From Spirochaetia bacterium (GTDB lineage Bacteria > Spirochaetota > Spirochaetia > UBA9216), in contig CAXXYH010000004.1 of NCBI GenBank assembly GCA_963677925.2, forward strand, positions 800,001-864,000: a stretch of DNA of 64,000 bases. The letters run 5' to 3'. Within the stretch, counting starts at the first letter, position 1. Each line of letters starts with the position of its first letter. A program made the translations under genes and the position numbers. Positions 1 to 9,436 of the stretch are shown here, piece after piece. Under the pieces are notes generated by a model. That model saw only the letters and a list, made by a program, of their open reading frames with translations, was not told where the DNA came from and ran no database searches.

Positions 1-860
1 ATTTCAATATATACGGCAGCCAGCCCGATTATTACAAGAAGTGTTGTGAGGGCGCTTCCTGTAATGAGTGCTATCAGGCTGTCGGGTATGCTTGATTCAG
101 CTGTTTCCACACTGTCCGCCTCAATTCCTTCAAGTTTAAGCAGCTCTGTTCTGCTTTCAACTGTTCCCGAGCTGATCCGGTAAAAGGCCATTTCGTTGGC
201 GGTCAGAGTCAGCAGTTTTCCGGGTTTAGAAACGGTTTTGCCTGTCCTGAATGTTTTACCGTTTTTCTCTGCATCAGTTTGAATCTGAGGCAGTTCTTCT
301 GCGGATGCAAGTGAGGGGATATCATTTATAAAGTATTCTGAAAGCTCTGTGTCGGCATCTACCATTGCAAGTGCCGCAGCCTTCGGATATCCGTTCTTCT
401 CGGCAAGTGCGGCCATCTGCCCGCGGACGGCGCTTACGGTTTTCTCTTCGGCCGCCTTCATTCCTTCAGCACTCGAATAGACCGGCGCCGCTGCGCCAAT
501 GGATGTTCCGGGCGCCATATAAATTTCATTGCAGGCAAAGCTTATAAGAGCTCCGGCCGACCAGCTTACGCCGGTAGTTTCAGGGGCTGCCGGAATATAG
601 GCAATTGTATGCTGTTCTGCATTGCCGATCAGCGTTGCAATCTGAAGCGCCGATTCAACAAGGCCGCCGAAAGTGTCAATTTCAAATATTATTGTATCCG
701 CGCCGCTGTTATCGGCTTTCTCAATGCTGCGTCTTATAAATACAGTCAGTGAACGATCTATCTCTCCGTTAACCGGAATGACGGTAACGTCAGCTGCTTC
801 CGCGCAGACGGCGGAAAAAAGAACCAGAATCGGTATTAATTTGAACAATCTTTTTTTCAT
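1..860 (-). CDS. nfeD: NfeD family membrane-bound serine protease (ClpP class), runs off window start
   Basis: Manual translation from ATG 860: MKKRLFKLIPILVLFSAVCAEAADVTVIPVNGEIDRSLTVFIRRSIEKAD...IFEIDTFGGLVESALQI; signal peptide plus the DTxGG motif of NfeD; absent from ORF track because it is open-ended. Confidence 0.8.
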   Translation of the reverse strand, partial: MKKRLFKLIPILVLFSAVCAEAADVTVIPVNGEIDRSLTVFIRRSIEKADNSGADTIIFEIDTFGGLVESALQIATLIGNAEQHTIAYIPAAPETTGVSWSAGALISFACNEIYMAPGTSIGAAAPVYSSAEGMKAAEEKTVSAVRGQMAALAEKNGYPKAAALAMVDADTELSEYFINDIPSLASAEELPQIQTDAEKNGKTFRTGKTVSKPGKLLTLTANEMAFYRISSGTVESRTELLKLEGIEADSVETAESSIPDSLIALITGSALTTLLVIIGLAAVYIE

Positions 861-985
861 AGTTAACTAATTTAAATTTGACTCTGCAGAGCCCTGTTGT
901 CAAGTCTAAAAACAAAAAGCCGTCCGAAACAGGTTTTTTCCCATCCGAACGGCCTCTATTGGATTTCTTTACTGCGGTTCTTAAA

Positions 986-2281
986 TCAGCGAAGCATTTT
1001 TGCAAGCTCTGAAGCTATCTTCTTTCCAAGTTCCTTTGCTGCTTCGGTTGCCAGAGTCTGTACTGAGCGGATGTCGGTATCGTCTTTTGAGGCAAGATTC
1101 CGGTCGTTGTAGTCCAGCGCTCTCTCGTCGCCGCTCCATCTTGCCCATTCTGCTTCGTCCTCTTCACTCCAGCTGACCGTATTTCCCATCAGTATTTCAC
1201 CGGTTTCAACATCGATAGCTCTGAAGGTTACCGTGGCATTGAAAGTTATTGTTCTTTTGAAGTAGGTAATCTCAGCCTCTGCGACGTCGGGGGGCGGTGC
1301 TGTTGAACCTGATTTCCAGGAACCGGATGTTCCTGATGTGGATGATGTTGATGAGGATTCGGAATCTTCTTCATCAAAGGTTATTACCTTGTGTTCGGTT
1401 CTCCTTGAAGGCGGCGGATTGTCAATTGACGCTGCATCGATAGTTCCGGTTATGAAAATATTTGAATTGAGCAGGTTTCCTATCTCGACCCTGGACTGAT
1501 CGTCCATGAGTGCATTCATCGAGTTTATCTGCTCATTCAGAAGGCTTGACTGCATCTGTCTGTCGATAAACTTGGTAAACTTCATGACTTCGCGGTCTTT
1601 CATCAGTTCTGATATTGCGGTGGCCTGAACCAGATCGGAGAACTGGTTGATGGGGATGTCCCATGCGTTGTTTCTGAACTCGAAAAACGCTACAACCTGT
1701 GTACCTTCCTCAAGTGCTGCGGCCGCTCTGGTTTTTGCGTCCTTATAGCCGGGGACGAATCCAAGTGCCATTTCAAATTCTTTGGCCGCCTGTTTCGAAT
1801 CTTCCCTTGTCTTGAGTTTTGCGAGGCGCAGTCCTTCCTGGTAGTGGTCTTCAGCGGCCAGCTCGGAATATTCTCCGCGTTCAGCACTGTAGTCTGTATA
1901 GCTGAAACTAAGCTGCATCTTTGTTTTCGGGTGATAAAGCGGCGGCAGTGTTCTTGCTGCTTCATTTATTTCAACCAGATATCCGTAGTAGGTTGCGATT
2001 TTATCATTTTTGAATATTTCGCTGCTGGTCTTAGTCTGTTCGGCCTTCTGCTCATAGTAGCTGACAGCTTCGGGATATATTTCATCCAGAAAAAGCAGTG
2101 CCTTTTTATACTCGTTATCTATGCGCACAGATTCAATCGCATTGATTGCCGCATTGTAGTAGTCGCCGGATTTTCTTGCCCGTGTGGCATCAGTTAAAAG
2201 TCTTCCCTCACTTGAAAGAGATTTGCACCCGGTGAGAGAAATAATTATCAGGATTAAAACTAAAATACGATTTCTTTTCAT
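986..2281 (-). CDS. Lipoprotein with TPR-like N-terminal part and CsgG/HfaB-like C-terminal domain
   Basis: MKRNRILVLILIIISLTGC lipobox at ATG 2281 (GGAAGGA upstream); C-terminal FIDR...IGNLLNSNIFITGTI...FRAIDVETGEIL pattern. Confidence 0.65.
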   Translation of the reverse strand: MKRNRILVLILIIISLTGCKSLSSEGRLLTDATRARKSGDYYNAAINAIESVRIDNEYKKALLFLDEIYPEAVSYYEQKAEQTKTSSEIFKNDKIATYYGYLVEINEAARTLPPLYHPKTKMQLSFSYTDYSAERGEYSELAAEDHYQEGLRLAKLKTREDSKQAAKEFEMALGFVPGYKDAKTRAAAALEEGTQVVAFFEFRNNAWDIPINQFSDLVQATAISELMKDREVMKFTKFIDRQMQSSLLNEQINSMNALMDDQSRVEIGNLLNSNIFITGTIDAASIDNPPPSRRTEHKVITFDEEDSESSSTSSTSGTSGSWKSGSTAPPPDVAEAEITYFKRTITFNATVTFRAIDVETGEILMGNTVSWSEEDEAEWARWSGDERALDYNDRNLASKDDTDIRSVQTLATEAAKELGKKIASELAKMLR

Positions 2282-2337
2282 TTCAACAGTCCTTCCCATA
2301 ATCGTAGCATCGGCCTGTTTAATATTATATCTTCAGT

Positions 2338-2384
2338 AAAAAAAATAAAACTCCAATAATTTCATTTTGGAACTATTGGAGTTT
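2338..2384 (-). terminator. Intrinsic terminator after the Rrf2 operon
   Basis: AAACTCCAATA/TATTGGAGTTT inverted repeat followed by a U-tract on the minus strand. Confidence 0.6.
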
Positions 2385-2403
2385 ATAAAAGGCGTATGCT
2401 TTT

Positions 2404-2646
2404 CTAATATCCGGCTTCCGCAGCCATTACGTTGGCCGGGTCGAAGGCGTGACATGGGGTAACCGCATGTACCGAACCGCAGTCCGGGCATTTAAATTCG
2501 AAGGTTTCCATCTCGAATTCGCTTCCGCAGGATCCGCAGGTAATCTGCAGAGGCACCGGAAGGTACTGTTCCGAGAATCCCATCATCCTTACCTTGTCTA
2601 CAACTGCCTTTGCATTATCAAATGAACCTGAACAACCGTCATGCAT
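2404..2646 (-). CDS. Small Cys/His-rich zinc-ribbon protein (HypA-like)
   Basis: MHDGC N-terminus, CxxC-x12-CxxC, TPCH; overlaps the stop of the upstream ATPase gene. Confidence 0.7.
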   Translation of the reverse strand: MHDGCSGSFDNAKAVVDKVRMMGFSEQYLPVPLQITCGSCGSEFEMETFEFKCPDCGSVHAVTPCHAFDPANVMAAEAGY

Positions 2647-3682
2647 ATCTTTTCTCCTCTGAATCTTTGGTTTCTGTCAGTCTGTTTCCCTGTCTGAGTT
2701 TTGTTCTGTAAGACAGGAGGGTTCTGTCGAGCTCTTCAAGCTCGCCGAGGATTGTTTTCTCCTCTTCTGTTGTTTCAATAATTTTTGAGATTCCGCCGTT
2801 TTTAATTACAATCCGCCGGTCGGCCATCAGCGCAAGAATAGGGTCGTGTGTGGCCATCAGGACAATTTTTTCTTCGGATAAAAGCAGTTCGAGAGCCTTT
2901 TTACGGTCAATACCTGCGTTTTCGATCTCATCAATAAGGATTATAGGTGATTTGCTTAGGATTGCTGTGTCGGCAATCATAAGAGCCCGTGACTGTCCGC
3001 CGCTGAGGCTTGTGACCGGGGTTTCCGGTCCGAACTGTTCGCCTGCAAGCCTGTTTGCCTCGGCGATGATTTTTTCAGTTATTTCCTCCCTGTTTTCGGC
3101 CATGCGGCTTTCGGCATGCATGCTCACAAATTCGCGGACGCTTAAGTCCATTACGAAGTTCATATTCTGCGACAGCTGTGCCACAAGCTTCTTCGAGGTA
3201 GAAAAGCGCCAGCTTTTATCAGGAACTTCCCCGTTTATAAGAATACGCCTTGATGTCGGTGTATCGGCCTGTGCAACCCATTCAATATCGCCGAGCAGCC
3301 TGCTTTTTCCGGAACCGGTAGGGCCTACAATTGAGACAATTTCACTTGTCCTGATCACAAGCTCTTCAAATCCTTCGGAATTTCCCGATTTATCGGTTCC
3401 GGGAAGTATCGTTACCGACTGTACCTTTTCGTTTTCACCGAGGAATTCAAGCATCTGGTTTATAAAGTCTGCAAGGCCGGTCATAAGCCTTTCAGGGTCG
3501 ATCGCCCTGTCTTCGCGCTCGGTTTCATCAAAGCTGTTGAAAAGTTCTCCGATAGTCTGCTTTTTCCGGCCTGTCAGGCTTATGTTGTTGTCGGCGAAAT
3601 AAGTTTCGGCAAAGGGGTAGGCGTCAAGAACCCTTGCCGCCGTCAGTGTTTCGAGATCCTTTTTAAGCACCATGGCTGGCAT
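2639..3682 (-). CDS. ABC-family ATPase with N-terminal DUF1858-like extension
   Basis: Walker A GPTGSGKS, signature LSGGQ, Walker B ILIDE, H-loop ATHD. Confidence 0.85.
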   Translation of the reverse strand: MPAMVLKKDLETLTAARVLDAYPFAETYFADNNISLTGRKKQTIGELFNSFDETEREDRAIDPERLMTGLADFINQMLEFLGENEKVQSVTILPGTDKSGNSEGFEELVIRTSEIVSIVGPTGSGKSRLLGDIEWVAQADTPTSRRILINGEVPDKSWRFSTSKKLVAQLSQNMNFVMDLSVREFVSMHAESRMAENREEITEKIIAEANRLAGEQFGPETPVTSLSGGQSRALMIADTAILSKSPIILIDEIENAGIDRKKALELLLSEEKIVLMATHDPILALMADRRIVIKNGGISKIIETTEEEKTILGELEELDRTLLSYRTKLRQGNRLTETKDSEEKRYA

Positions 3683-4373
3683 CCTCCTGAAGGTTTATTT
3701 TGCGAACATTTCCCATCTGGTAGCTTTCGCCTATCCGGGTTTCACCCAGACAGTAGGAGCACATTGCAGACGGCATCGGAAAACGCAGCTCCTTTCCCTG
3801 AAGGCTTGTGAGGGCGGTTTTCGGGTCATACAGCAGGGTGCTCAATTCAAAGCTTCCCTGGCCTGTAAGCCCGTTGATGTGCATAATTACAGCCGAAGGG
3901 TTAACGGCGTTCACTCTGGATGCAAAGACTTCCCTTTCCGCCTGGGAAACAATGTCGCCCTTGGTGATGATCACAATGTCAGCCGACTTAAGCATTGGAC
4001 CGATTTTCTTGGGGGTGTTTATTCCGCTTAGATTGTCGATTACGCAGACGGCCTTCACTTCCTTCACGTATGGAGAACAGCGGTTGCAGAGACCTGCAGA
4101 TTCACTTATCAGTACATCAAAGCCCGACTCGACTCCCCACTGTGTTATTTCTTCTATATTGCTGACGAAATAGTGGTCAGGACAGAGTGAGCCTGAGAGG
4201 CCTTTTTTTACAGGGATGCCTGCCTTGCGGTAGAGTTCGTCATCATCTGTATAGAGGCAGTCGAACTTGGCTACTCCCACTTTAAGGCCTCTGCTTTTAA
4301 GTGATTCGATAGTTTTAAGTATCACCGAGGTCTTGCCCGATGAGGGCGGACCTGAAAATGTCACAAGGTTCAT
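3663..4373 (-). CDS. G3E-type GTPase (HypB/UreG/CobW family)
   Basis: GPPSSGKT, LCPDH, ESAGLCNRC, TKGD motifs; C-terminal CSYC. Confidence 0.85.
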   Translation of the reverse strand: MNLVTFSGPPSSGKTSVILKTIESLKSRGLKVGVAKFDCLYTDDDELYRKAGIPVKKGLSGSLCPDHYFVSNIEEITQWGVESGFDVLISESAGLCNRCSPYVKEVKAVCVIDNLSGINTPKKIGPMLKSADIVIITKGDIVSQAEREVFASRVNAVNPSAVIMHINGLTGQGSFELSTLLYDPKTALTSLQGKELRFPMPSAMCSYCLGETRIGESYQMGNVRKINLQEDASHGA

Positions 4374-5609
4374 TTATACTCCTGCTGCTGATTCGACAGC
4401 TGAATTGAATACTTCTTCGCAGTGACCGATCAGCTCTGCGATATCGTTTGAATATATATAGTCCCATCCCGGCCACATAAATGTGTTTGACAAATCTATC
4501 CGGTTATCAACATCCTCTCTTGTGCTGGGGAAAAGCCCGTTGTGGGCCAGGGTTTCACCGACTTCTTTTGATGCAAAGAAATCAACTACCGGCTGAATCT
4601 TTTCCGCAGAAGCAGCCTTAGTAAGCATGAAGATCGGACTTAAAATTGCCCCGTCCTCGGGCCATACCGCCTTCATCGGTCCGCCTTCTTTTACGGTCTT
4701 AGTGAAGAAAAACGGCATTATTGTTACCGCAGGCCTGTTTGCTTTTTTGGTACTGCTTTTGACCATCTGTGAGGGGTGCATTGATTCAAGCAGACTTTTT
4801 CCCAGTCTGAAGACGCCGTCGTCGCCGTAATTCCGGTGGATGTTTATCAGAATCGCATTGAAAAGATCGAAGTCTCCTATAGGGATTGATACCCTGTTTT
4901 CAAATTCGGGGCTGAGAATGTCTTTCCAGCTTTTCGGTGCCGGGGTATCTCCAAGTTCATTTGTGTTTACAAGAAATACTGCAGGTACGGCGCTGATTAT
5001 GGAATAGTGCCCGCGGGGGTCTTTCAGATCGATTCCGTCAAAAAGTTCGTTGTATTTTTCATATCCGCTTAAATCACTGAAAACTCCCTGCTCCTTGTAT
5101 CTGCCGATTTTTTTTCTGTCAAAGAAAAGATCGAATCCGGCTGAAATGAAAATGTCTGGAAGGTTCTCATGGCTGCTTAAACCGCTGATGTTTTTTTCAA
5201 CCCAGTCCAGTCCCATGGAAGCGGCTTTCAGTTCGTGGGCAATCTGCAGTCCGGAATCCTTTTCAAAGCCTTCGGCAAAGCGGCTGAACTGTTCCAGCAG
5301 CGGAATTCTTACCGGGCAGGGCAGGAGTCCTGTGAGGCTGATGTCGGGGTCCGAAACCTTTTCGGTATTTATTCCGTCAATTCCGCTTTCTGCTTTCCGT
5401 TTGATTGCCTCGTTGAGCAGTGCGGAGAAGGACTGCAGGTCTGTCTGCTTAAGCATCAGTGCGTGCTTGAGGGATATGGTCTTAGCGAATTTTTCCCTTT
5501 GAGCCTCGTCATCCATCTGTGGAAATCCGTTGTTTATAAAAACAGGAATAGTTTCCGGATACCTGTCTACTATGCTGTAAAGTTTGTCGTTTTCTTCAAA
5601 ATAGTTCAT
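4374..5609 (-). CDS. Solute-binding-fold protein with N-terminal DUF1858-like domain, no signal peptide
   Basis: N-terminal IVDRYPETIPVFINNGF; LLPCPVR; PKSWKDIL and VWPEDGA solute-binding-protein motifs. Confidence 0.75.
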   Translation of the reverse strand: MNYFEENDKLYSIVDRYPETIPVFINNGFPQMDDEAQREKFAKTISLKHALMLKQTDLQSFSALLNEAIKRKAESGIDGINTEKVSDPDISLTGLLPCPVRIPLLEQFSRFAEGFEKDSGLQIAHELKAASMGLDWVEKNISGLSSHENLPDIFISAGFDLFFDRKKIGRYKEQGVFSDLSGYEKYNELFDGIDLKDPRGHYSIISAVPAVFLVNTNELGDTPAPKSWKDILSPEFENRVSIPIGDFDLFNAILINIHRNYGDDGVFRLGKSLLESMHPSQMVKSSTKKANRPAVTIMPFFFTKTVKEGGPMKAVWPEDGAILSPIFMLTKAASAEKIQPVVDFFASKEVGETLAHNGLFPSTREDVDNRIDLSNTFMWPGWDYIYSNDIAELIGHCEEVFNSAVESAAGV

Positions 5610-6043
5610 TTGTTCTCCGTATCCCCGCTTATGCCTGTATGACTGCTGAATTCAGCCAGATTTATAGTTTCCAGTATATTGTAGATTTCCTGTGAGACTG
5701 AGCTCATCTTTGCCGTGAAGATACAGCTGCTGAATGAGCACTCCGATCTGCCCAGCGGACAGCCTTTATTATCTATTTTTGATTCCATGATCTCGTAGAT
5801 GTTTAGAAAACTGATTTCCCGGGGGTCTTTTGACAGTATGAATCCGCCGGAGGGGCCCCTTACCGAGGACACTATGCCGGCCTTGCTCAGCCTCTGAAAC
5901 ACCTTTGCCAGATGGGCTTCGGATGCACCCAGATTTTTTGCTATAAAGCCGGTATTCAGCCTTTGCGGGGCCTCTCTTGCTATGAGGGCAAGGCTGTGAA
6001 ATGCCAGTGATGCTCCCTCGGATATATTTATAAGCGGATTCAT
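5606..6043 (-). CDS. Rrf2 family transcriptional regulator with three Cys
   Basis: HLAKVFQRLSKAGIVSSVRGPSGGF winged HTH; CPLGRSECSFSSC. Confidence 0.9.
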   Translation of the reverse strand: MNPLINISEGASLAFHSLALIAREAPQRLNTGFIAKNLGASEAHLAKVFQRLSKAGIVSSVRGPSGGFILSKDPREISFLNIYEIMESKIDNKGCPLGRSECSFSSCIFTAKMSSVSQEIYNILETINLAEFSSHTGISGDTENK

Positions 6044-6061
6044 GGATTCTCCTGTAAACTG

Positions 6062-6089
6062 TTATTTAGGTATTACAATACCTAAATAA
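6062..6089. promoter_or_regulatory. Perfect 13-2-13 palindrome, candidate Rrf2 operator
   Basis: TTATTTAGGTATT-AC-AATACCTAAATAA, 18 bp upstream of the Rrf2 start codon. Confidence 0.7.
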
Positions 6090-6158
6090 ATAAATATGAT
6101 CAAGATGAAAAATGTTTTTTTAATTGAAAATTGCATCTGTGATTACCTAAAATAGTGT

Positions 6159-7280
6159 ATGGACCCAATAATGTATGATATCAGCAGAAGGCTCGGGCCG
6201 GATGAGCTGAAAAAACAAAGCAGAAATATCGGAAAGAATGAATTAATTCAGATTGTAGCTGAATATTCAGATCACTTTGTCGGCATCCTCAATGATGCAA
6301 GGCAGTTCGTATACATCAACGAGGCATATTTTAAAAATAATGCTCATCTTGCAGATCTGATCGGCTACAGACCCGGAGAGGTTTTTAAATGTATTCACTC
6401 AGAGGAACATTCAGCCGGCTGCGGCAATTCGGAAAGCTGCAGGTTCTGCTATGCCGGAAACACAATTCTGCAGACAATTTTTAAGGATGAGAAAGTAATA
6501 AATCAGGGAAGAATGCTGGTAACTCTCGATAACCGTATTTCCGCGGTTGATTTCGAGGTGAAAACAGTACCCTTCAGAATGGAAAATGAGAGGTTCATTC
6601 TGTTTTTCCTTACTGATACAAGCAGGATTAAGCAGAGCGAACTGATTGAAAGGGCCTTCTTTCATGATGTTTTAAACAGCTCGAATGTGCTTACAAGCCT
6701 GGTTTCGATCTCTAAAATATCATCAGAGTATATTGAAAATGCGGACAGAATAATCGAATCGAGTATTACTGATATTATTGAGCAGATATACTTCTTTAAA
6801 AAACTGAAAAACTCAGAGGCCGGTACATTTCATCCGGATTTTGAAGTAATTGACCTTTTAGAAGAGATTGAAGCTCTTGTAAATACTGTTAAAAATACAT
6901 CCTGGGTTGAGGGTATAGAACTCGAGCTGTCTACCGCCGGCCTGGGTGAAGAGCTTAAGACCGACAGAATAATATTCCGCAGGATAATACTCAACCTTCT
7001 GAAAAACGCTTTCGAAGCCAGCCGTCCCGGTGATGAAGTTAAGCTGGCGATCTATCTGCGTGATGATTATATTGAGATTCATGTTAACAATCCTGCTGTA
7101 ATGCCGGAGGAGGTCAGGATGCAGGTTTTTCAGAGATCGTTCAGTACGAAGGGGGAGGGCCGGGGCATAGGAACCTACAGTATTAAGCTGTTCACCGAGA
7201 ATTTTTTAAAGGGTAGGGTTGCCTTTACATCAGAGGAAGGCCGCGGCACCACCTTTGTGCTGACCCTTCCAAGGCAGTAG
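6159..7280 (+). CDS. Cytoplasmic sensor histidine kinase with Cys-rich PAS-like input
   Basis: H-box FFHDVLN, N-box NLLKNAFEA, FSTKGEGRGIGTY; C...GCGNSESCRFC; no transmembrane segment. Confidence 0.85.
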   Translation: MDPIMYDISRRLGPDELKKQSRNIGKNELIQIVAEYSDHFVGILNDARQFVYINEAYFKNNAHLADLIGYRPGEVFKCIHSEEHSAGCGNSESCRFCYAGNTILQTIFKDEKVINQGRMLVTLDNRISAVDFEVKTVPFRMENERFILFFLTDTSRIKQSELIERAFFHDVLNSSNVLTSLVSISKISSEYIENADRIIESSITDIIEQIYFFKKLKNSEAGTFHPDFEVIDLLEEIEALVNTVKNTSWVEGIELELSTAGLGEELKTDRIIFRRIILNLLKNAFEASRPGDEVKLAIYLRDDYIEIHVNNPAVMPEEVRMQVFQRSFSTKGEGRGIGTYSIKLFTENFLKGRVAFTSEEGRGTTFVLTLPRQ

Positions 7281-7312
7281 AATTCTTTATCACTGGAGGA
7301 TATACTCAAGCC

Positions 7313-8149
7313 GTGAATACCGGAACATGGAATAAACTTGAAATTGTTAAGATAAGCCCTAAAGCCTGCTTTCTTTCAGAAGGGAAGGGTAAGGATATTT
7401 ATCTTCCGCCTGATGAAGTCCCGCCGTCAGCGGTGAAAGGATCTTTTATTGATGTCTTTGTGTACAATTCTGCCAAAGATGAGCTTCGGGCAACAACAAA
7501 AAAGCCCTATGCTGTCCTTGGTGAATTTGCAGCACTGGAGGTGGTGGGTAAGACTGATTTCGGAGCCTTTCTTGACTGGGGAATCGGCAAGGACCTTTTT
7601 GTGCCGAGACGCAGCATGCGCAAGGACCTTGAGACCGGTGATATGGCCGTGGTCAGAATTGTTCACGATTTTGAGGGGACCGGAGTGATTGGGACCTGTC
7701 TTCTTGATGAGTATTTTGAAACAGATACTTCTTCGCTCAAGCCTAATCAGCAGGTAGAGATGATAGTTTTCGGTTTTTCAAAGCTCGGGGCAAGGGTCAT
7801 AATTGATAATAAATACTCCGGAGTTCTGTACCGGAATGAGATATTTGAAAAGCTTTACATTGGAGATGTCCGTACCGGTTTTATTAAAAAGATCCGTGAG
7901 GACGGACTTGTCGACGCTGCTCTGCAGCCGCAGGGCTTTAAGGCGGCAAGCGACGATGCCAGGACCATCATTCTTGAATCGCTTAAAACTGCCGGAGGTT
8001 TTCTTCCTCTGCACGATAAAAGCAGTGCTGATGAGATTACGCAGGCTCTTTGTATTAGCAAGAAAATCTTTAAAAAGACTATCGGCGGCCTGTACAAGGA
8101 GCGGCTGATAGAGATAAGCGATAAAGGAATAAAGCTTATTAAGCAATGA
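7313..8149 (+). CDS. cvfB: CvfB family S1-domain RNA-binding protein
   Basis: FGAFLDWGIGKDLFVP, LPLHDKSSADEI...SKKIFKKTIGGLYK; GGAGG RBS. Confidence 0.85.
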   Translation: MNTGTWNKLEIVKISPKACFLSEGKGKDIYLPPDEVPPSAVKGSFIDVFVYNSAKDELRATTKKPYAVLGEFAALEVVGKTDFGAFLDWGIGKDLFVPRRSMRKDLETGDMAVVRIVHDFEGTGVIGTCLLDEYFETDTSSLKPNQQVEMIVFGFSKLGARVIIDNKYSGVLYRNEIFEKLYIGDVRTGFIKKIREDGLVDAALQPQGFKAASDDARTIILESLKTAGGFLPLHDKSSADEITQALCISKKIFKKTIGGLYKERLIEISDKGIKLIKQ

Positions 8150-8191
8150 ATAGTCTTGCCTGATCGGCAGATTTAGAATACTTTTATTGCT

Positions 8192-8986
8192 ATGAATCAG
8201 GAACAGGTAAAAGAGATACTCCTTCAGCTTCGCGATGATATAGAAGAGTTTTCGCTGATATTTTCAGGAAAAAGCAGCAAGAAGGTTAACGGGCTTTATT
8301 ACCCCGACACCCGTGAAATAATTATTCACAATAAAAATCTGGAAAGCGATGTGCTTCTTCTGTATACGGCCATCCATGAGTTTGCCCACCATGTACATAT
8401 TACGGAATCTCCTGTCCCTGTAGGACCGAGAGCTCATACGGTAGAGTTTCGCAGAATCTTTCATGAGCTGCTGAACAAGGCTGAAGAGATGAGCCTTATC
8501 GGTAATGTGTTTGAGGCTGATCACGAGCTTGCGCTGCTTACCGAAACCATTAAGAAGAAGATGATAGGGCCTCAGGGCGATATTGCGAAACAGCTTGGCT
8601 CTGCCTTTGTACGAGCACAGGAAATATGCAGCACCAAGGGTTACCGTTTTGAAGATTATGTTGAGCGGGTGCTTCAGCTTGATACTACAACGGCAAGGAC
8701 TCTTATAAAAGCGAACAATTTTGAACTTCCGTCAGAGCTTGGTTATGAAAATATGATGCTGGTTGCTTCAGTGGCTGATGCCGAAACCCGTGAGAAGGTT
8801 CAGTCAAGCCTGATAGGAGGAAGCAGCCGTGATCTTGCAAGGGCTGCAAAGATGAAATCTGCAGCAGACGACCCTGTTGTTAGGCTTCAGAAGGAAAAAA
8901 AGCGGATCGAAAAAACCATCGACAGCCTCACAAAAAAGCTTGAGCAGGTTAATATGAACCTGTCCAGGTATGAAGAAGTCGAATAA
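8192..8986 (+). CDS. Hypothetical protein with HExxH (SprT-like) motif and C-terminal coiled coil
   Basis: AIHEFAHH...AHTVEF. Confidence 0.65.
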   Translation: MNQEQVKEILLQLRDDIEEFSLIFSGKSSKKVNGLYYPDTREIIIHNKNLESDVLLLYTAIHEFAHHVHITESPVPVGPRAHTVEFRRIFHELLNKAEEMSLIGNVFEADHELALLTETIKKKMIGPQGDIAKQLGSAFVRAQEICSTKGYRFEDYVERVLQLDTTTARTLIKANNFELPSELGYENMMLVASVADAETREKVQSSLIGGSSRDLARAAKMKSAADDPVVRLQKEKKRIEKTIDSLTKKLEQVNMNLSRYEEVE

Positions 8987-9030
8987 AAAAGGCACCGCTG
9001 AATATCTTATTCAAGGGTGCCCTGTTCTTT
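8985..9030. terminator. Bidirectional terminator
   Basis: GGCACC...TGAATA-TCT-TATTCA...GGTGCC flanked by A and T tracts between convergent genes. Confidence 0.65.
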
Positions 9031-9052
9031 ATTTCCGGTGCTGTGCCCGGAA

Positions 9053-9436
9053 TTAATCCTTGTCATGAAATCTTCGATCCCAGTCTGTTTCTTTATCTGA
9101 GGTTGCATCGTCTTCCATTTTGTTGACGCGCTGTTTCAGGTTGTCAAACTCGCTTTTAATATCTTCAAAACCGTAATGTCGTCTTCCGCCGCGATCCTTA
9201 TAGTCATCATCGCTTCGTCTGCCCGAACGGTAGCCCGGTTCCATGGGGAGTACCAGTCCCATTATCAGGTATATTATAAGACAGGGCACTACGGCGCTTG
9301 CTATTGCAATCAGTATGAAAAGGAGTCTTACCATATTTACAGGGAGATCTCTCCATTCAGCAATGCCCTTGCAGACTCCGAGGATTTCACCGTGTCTGGA
9401 TCTGTATAGTTTTCTTCCGGTATAGGTCATAGTCAA
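9053..9436 (-). CDS. pspC: Phage shock protein C
   Basis: KLYRSRHGEILGVCKGIAEW, one TM helix, C-terminal coiled coil; psp context. Confidence 0.85.
   Translation of the reverse strand: MTMTYTGRKLYRSRHGEILGVCKGIAEWRDLPVNMVRLLFILIAIASAVVPCLIIYLIMGLVLPMEPGYRSGRRSDDDYKDRGGRRHYGFEDIKSEFDNLKQRVNKMEDDATSDKETDWDRRFHDKD

Noticed and set aside
365-1112. Short ORFs 365-547, 673-870, 790-1005 and 897-1112
   Set aside because: They are shadows of the open-ended nfeD gene and the lipoprotein gene.
1285-1375. Ser/Thr/Gly-rich stretch in the lipoprotein
   Set aside because: Ordinary low-complexity linker, not a DNA repeat.
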